Positions 35,457 to 39,292 of a DNA stretch of 39,292 nucleotides are shown here, piece after piece. The stretch's first letter is position 1; each line of letters opens with the position of its first letter. The notes under the pieces are model-generated. The model did no database searches and had not been told where the DNA came from. It saw only the letters and a list, made by a program, of their open reading frames with translations. The DNA comes from a virus (Duplodnaviria > Caudoviricetes): positions 1 to 39,292 of IMG/VR virus record IMGVR_UViG_3300020402_000055; one strand, given 5' to 3'. A program made the translations under genes and the position numbers.

Positions 35457-37001
35457 TTATCCTTTTAATTCTTCTACTTCTTGTTTTAGGGTTTCTATTT
35501 GTTCTTGTTGTTCTTGTACTGCTTTTATTAATGGAGCAATCAAATCATTGTAAGCAAGACTATATTCACCATCTTTTGTTCCATAAACTGAATCTTTTAG
35601 TGAACCGTCTTTTAAATCTTGTGCAATTAATCCATAGTGTTTTCTATTGTAATCATCGTGTCCTTCTTCTAAGGCAACACCAACATCCTGTAAGTGTTTA
35701 TATGATTTTGGTTGTAAAGTATTTATAAAATCAAGACCTAAATCACAATCTTCAATTTCAGTTTTTAAAGTTTGGTCTGAAACATTAACAGCATTTGCTG
35801 TATATAAAACAGAAACTCTACTAGAAGTGGTTCCAATATTTCTAGTATTATTACCGTTAGGTAATAAAGTTCCATCAGAATGAAACTGCCAACGGAGAAG
35901 AGCACCTGAATAGAAATCTATATCCCAACCAGATCCTGTGTAAAATGCAAATTTTTCATCTGTATTATCTGTCCATATAGCACCTCTTTGATTACTACCG
36001 TTATACCAATCAACTTGAGTGTATCTATTTCCAGTATTTTTAAAGATAACTGCAGTTTCAGCTGCAGTACTGTTCACTTCTAATGGTACACCAGGGCTTG
36101 TAGTTCCAATTCCAACTTGGCCTGAACTATTAATACGCATTCTTTCTGCGCCACCAACTTCAAACTCAACAGTGCCTGTATCTCTTATCAACATTCTGTT
36201 AGAGCCAGCTGAGTTATCTTGAAGAATTAAACCTGCACTACCACCATACACATACATATAGTTATTGGTGTGATGTCCAAGTCCTGCATCGCCTGTACCT
36301 GAAAAAGAAACTTTACTTGAAAGCTTTAAGAACCCATTGTCGCTTATTCTCATTCTTTCTGTACCACCGGTCACGAATGTCATTAATTCAGTACCGTCTG
36401 TTGAATCACCATATATTCTTACACTTCCGTCACCCCATCTTAAAAACTTACCATTAGCTAAATAAACATCATTACTAAATGTTGCATCCCCACTTGCTGA
36501 GGTATCAAGAGTAAGCATTGCAATTTCTGAAGCACCACTTGGTGTTCCTCTAAATATAATATCTCCATTTTGGGAAGTACGAAATGTCATATTAGCTGAA
36601 CCTAAATCAATTTGTCCAACTTCATTTCCATTTAAATCAAATCGAATATTTTCTCCACCAGCATCAAGTGTAATATCTCCACCTACATCTAATGTAAAGT
36701 CCGACGCATGTGCTAAATTACCAGTTAATGTTCCACCAGCTAATGGTAATTTTGTTGCTATAGAATTTGTGACTGTAGTACTAAAGTTAGCGTCATCACC
36801 AAGAGCTGCTGCTAATTCGTTAAGTGTGTTTAATGTACCAGGTGCTGAATCTGATAAATCAGAAATAGCTCCCGTAACAAAAGCAGTACTTGCAGGGGAT
36901 GTATCGTTATCGCCAGAAGATGCTGTTGCAACAGTCACTTGGTCTAATACACCAGCTGTTGTAACTAATTCTCCTAATCTTCTTGCTTTTGAAAATGCCA
37001 T
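35457..37001 (-). CDS. Tail fibre-like protein with C-terminal intramolecular chaperone (peptidase S74)
   Basis: APGTLNTLNELAAALGDD fibre motif, ERMRI and VGIGTTSP repeats, SD..LK cleavage motif, HYGLIAQD, LIKAVQE coiled coil. Confidence 0.85.
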   Translation of the reverse strand: MAFSKARRLGELVTTAGVLDQVTVATASSGDNDTSPASTAFVTGAISDLSDSAPGTLNTLNELAAALGDDANFSTTVTNSIATKLPLAGGTLTGNLAHASDFTLDVGGDITLDAGGENIRFDLNGNEVGQIDLGSANMTFRTSQNGDIIFRGTPSGASEIAMLTLDTSASGDATFSNDVYLANGKFLRWGDGSVRIYGDSTDGTELMTFVTGGTERMRISDNGFLKLSSKVSFSGTGDAGLGHHTNNYMYVYGGSAGLILQDNSAGSNRMLIRDTGTVEFEVGGAERMRINSSGQVGIGTTSPGVPLEVNSTAAETAVIFKNTGNRYTQVDWYNGSNQRGAIWTDNTDEKFAFYTGSGWDIDFYSGALLRWQFHSDGTLLPNGNNTRNIGTTSSRVSVLYTANAVNVSDQTLKTEIEDCDLGLDFINTLQPKSYKHLQDVGVALEEGHDDYNRKHYGLIAQDLKDGSLKDSVYGTKDGEYSLAYNDLIAPLIKAVQEQQEQIETLKQEVEELKG

Positions 37002-37013
37002 GTTATTCCTCTA

Positions 37014-37295
37014 CTATGTTTTTGGATATTTGTCTTTAACTGCTTTTATTTTATTAGCCATATCTTCAGGAAAAACCCCTGCGTGATATAAGGCATCAAG
37101 TTGGTCTCCAATATCTGGATATTCAAATTGTCTTAATTGTTTATATTCTTTGTATTCACCATCTGGGTCAACCCAGGCGTCTACTAATGATTGGTCAATT
37201 TCGACCTCATTACCATCTTTGTCATAAGCGGTTTCTCCGTTTATAACTACAACATCTGAATATAATGCTCGTACTGCTTTGTGAAAATCTACCAT
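37014..37295 (-). CDS. Small fibre-associated hypothetical protein (possible assembly chaperone)
   Basis: 93 aa; Y...RQ.EYP.IGDQLD.LYH....I.AVK.KYPK motif commonly adjacent to fibre genes. Confidence 0.7.
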   Translation of the reverse strand: MVDFHKAVRALYSDVVVINGETAYDKDGNEVEIDQSLVDAWVDPDGEYKEYKQLRQFEYPDIGDQLDALYHAGVFPEDMANKIKAVKDKYPKT

Positions 37296-38215
37296 TATGC
37301 TGAAATCTCCGAGGCTGTTATTGTTGAAATGGAACTACTTGTATAATTCGCATTTTGGTTAGTATAACTTCTGTTAATGTATTGTGTGCCATGATAAGTC
37401 CATGCTTGTAATTTATAAGTCGTTGATGATGTTGTAGATGGGGTATCTAAAAATCTTATACTTGCTGAACTTGTTCTATGTCCGTCTCTTGTAAAAGATA
37501 TAGGACCCATAGTAGCTGATACTCTATTTCCTCCAGGAGCATTTCCTAGAGCTATTGCTGTTGAACCTCTTAATAATCTAAAAGAAGCCAAACTATAATT
37601 TGAAAGACTGATATGAACATCTATCATCACTTTATTCGATGAAGAAGCAGGGGTAATACTTACATTTAATCCTGTAATATCTACCCAAGTTGCTGTTGTT
37701 GAACTACTCCATGTATCTGTTTTTACTGTTTGAACTACTTGTAAAAGTTTTCCACCACCTGCATCTTGCCAAGAAGGTGCTGTACTTGCTCCTGTTGATG
37801 TTAATACTTGTCCACTTGTTCCATAATTTGAACCACCTATTCCAATTTGACCTGCCGATCCAATACGCAGTCTTTCCGTATTGTTGGTATCAAACTTCAT
37901 ATCACCATTTTCAATATTAGTTATTTGAAAAATCTCAGAACTGCTAGAACCAAAACCTACATATCCTTTGTTTGCTGCAGCATCAGCAAAAGTTAAAATA
38001 CAATCGCCCGTAGAAGCTGTTGTTTCTAATTTTGCTATTTGTCCACTACTTTTTACATGAAGTTTTAAATCCGGGCTTGTTTCTCCAATACCAACTCTAT
38101 TATTACTCGAATCAACGTGCAAAGTATTAGTATCAACAGTTAAATTTCCAGACACAGTTAGTGCTGGAACTGCTGATGTATCTAATAATCTTGCTGGTAA
38201 TTTAGTACTTGCCAT
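37295..38215 (-). CDS. Short fibre-like virion protein with C-terminal beta-sandwich domain
   Basis: LHVDSSNNRVGIG, ERLRI, GTSGQVLTS.G...PSW, GGKLLQVV...TYKLQ...ITASEI. Confidence 0.75.
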   Translation of the reverse strand: MASTKLPARLLDTSAVPALTVSGNLTVDTNTLHVDSSNNRVGIGETSPDLKLHVKSSGQIAKLETTASTGDCILTFADAAANKGYVGFGSSSSEIFQITNIENGDMKFDTNNTERLRIGSAGQIGIGGSNYGTSGQVLTSTGASTAPSWQDAGGGKLLQVVQTVKTDTWSSSTTATWVDITGLNVSITPASSSNKVMIDVHISLSNYSLASFRLLRGSTAIALGNAPGGNRVSATMGPISFTRDGHRTSSASIRFLDTPSTTSSTTYKLQAWTYHGTQYINRSYTNQNANYTSSSISTITASEISA

Positions 38216-38216
38216 A

Positions 38217-39290
38217 TTATCCTTCCAGTGTCTCTATTCTTGTTTTAAGATTATCATTTTCTGTTTTTAATTCCTGTATTGCTTTTGTGAGTAAAGGGAC
38301 TAATTTACTGTGGTCTATACCTTGTAAATCAGGATTGCCTTCCTCATCAACAGCATCTTTTTCTCCGCTTACCGCTTGTGGAACTACAGGAGCAACCTCA
38401 TGTGCTAGAAATCCATCAACTGTCACATCTGGTTCTTTTATAAAATTAAACCTTGCAGGTTTCAGCTGTGCTACTCTTTCTAAAGCGTTAAATTCATAAT
38501 CAACATTTTCTTTCAATCTGTAATCAGAAGTTTCAAGATAAGATGTACCGCTTGTTGATGTTTGTATAGAACCGACCCTCGTACCTAATCTGTGTATTTG
38601 AACCATGTATTGGTTTCCGCTACTTCTCGTATTATCAAGGAATAGTTGTCCTGCACCGTCACCATTTTTTATGTGTACACATTCTTCTTCACTTGTTGTT
38701 ATGTGACTTGTTGTTCCTACTAAAAGTGCTCCCGTATTATCAATTCTCATTCTTTCTGATGTAGTTCCTGAAGATGCAGTAGAAAAAACCATTGCCCCTG
38801 AGTTAGTAGCACCATCAGTTTTAACGTGAAGCTGACCTATATCACTATCAACAGTATTACCAAACTTAATTTGTCCTAGTTGTTGGTCAGTATTAGAATC
38901 ATTTCTTCGTATTTGTATTCCATAACCACCACCAGAAGCTGGGGATTGTATCTGTATTACATCTGAAGTATCACTTGATGTAGTTCCAATAAGTAGCTTA
39001 CCATCAGAATTAATACGCATTCGTTCGGTTGAGCTTGGATATGCAGTATTAGATACTCCAAAGACCATAGCATTATAGGCATGAATATCTAGGTCATTAT
39101 TGTCTCTAGCTATGGCGCAAGCCCCATTATTGAAATATAAAATATGGGAGTCATTGTCTGTACCAGTTCCCATTAATCTTATAGCGCCATTTACATCTAA
39201 TTTATTTGTGGGAGAAGTCGTGCCAATTCCAACATTTCCATCGCCATTAACTGTCATTAAATCAGAGTCACTTCCATTAGCAACTCTTAA
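38217..39290 (-). CDS. Tail fibre-like protein with peptidase S74 chaperone, 5' truncated by window edge
   Basis: Frame stays open to the window end; ERMRI repeats; TSDYRLKEN, GFLAHEV...P.AV.GEKD, KLVPLLTKAIQE. Confidence 0.85.
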   Translation of the reverse strand, partial: LRVANGSDSDLMTVNGDGNVGIGTTSPTNKLDVNGAIRLMGTGTDNDSHILYFNNGACAIARDNNDLDIHAYNAMVFGVSNTAYPSSTERMRINSDGKLLIGTTSSDTSDVIQIQSPASGGGYGIQIRRNDSNTDQQLGQIKFGNTVDSDIGQLHVKTDGATNSGAMVFSTASSGTTSERMRIDNTGALLVGTTSHITTSEEECVHIKNGDGAGQLFLDNTRSSGNQYMVQIHRLGTRVGSIQTSTSGTSYLETSDYRLKENVDYEFNALERVAQLKPARFNFIKEPDVTVDGFLAHEVAPVVPQAVSGEKDAVDEEGNPDLQGIDHSKLVPLLTKAIQELKTENDNLKTRIETLEG

Positions 39291-39292
39291 AG

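Noticed and set aside
794-38499. Many short + strand and alternate-frame ORFs in the track (for example 10359-10838, 22542-22913, 23064-23423, 9116-9388, 12613-12906)
   Set aside because: They lie within or opposite well-conserved minus-strand genes and show no recognisable motifs; consistent with antisense shadows of biased codon usage
35457-39292. Diversity-generating retroelement targeting the fibre genes
   Set aside because: No reverse transcriptase in the window, and no near-identical template/variable repeat pair differing only at adenines was seen by eye
1-39292. Alternative genetic code (stop-codon reassignment)
   Set aside because: Core genes are intact under the standard code, and TAA, TAG and TGA all serve as stops at expected positions
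1-39292. CRISPR array or rRNA
   Set aside because: No regularly spaced repeats with unique spacers; non-coding gaps are short and explained by promoters, terminators or small ORFs

Overview
AT-rich fragment of a T4-like myovirus genome with the gene order typical of marine T4-like phages; the host is unknown. Essentially all genes are on the minus strand. Read in transcription order (right to left), it holds a tail-fibre cluster, neck and tail genes gp13-15, terminase gp16/17, an inserted RimK-protease fusion, gp18-23, gp3, uvsY, an inserted KpsC/KpsS-like glycosyltransferase, uvsW, gp55, gp47/46, a vWA + MoxR(CobS)-AAA pair, DUF3310, a SleB hydrolase, gp45/44/62, regA, hsp20, the gp43 polymerase, a mini-UDG, a MazG-like pyrophosphatase, an AEP-like primase and the start of a tRNA cluster (Ala, Asp). 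The most notable observations are: (1) a RimK glutamate ligase fused to a RimB-like protease, placed between terminase and sheath, with an N-terminus resembling a capsid-targeting signal; (2) an identical 20-bp GTTC-N7-GTTC motif (matching the alphaproteobacterial LexA box) beside both the vWA and AAA promoters; (3) a ROSE-like RNA thermometer in the hsp20 leader; (4) repeated leaderless-mRNA architecture at early and late promoters; (5) a single antisense consensus promoter next to uvsW; (6) gp15 extended with a type-1 copper (cupredoxin-like) motif. All calls come from motif recognition by eye; no database searches were run.
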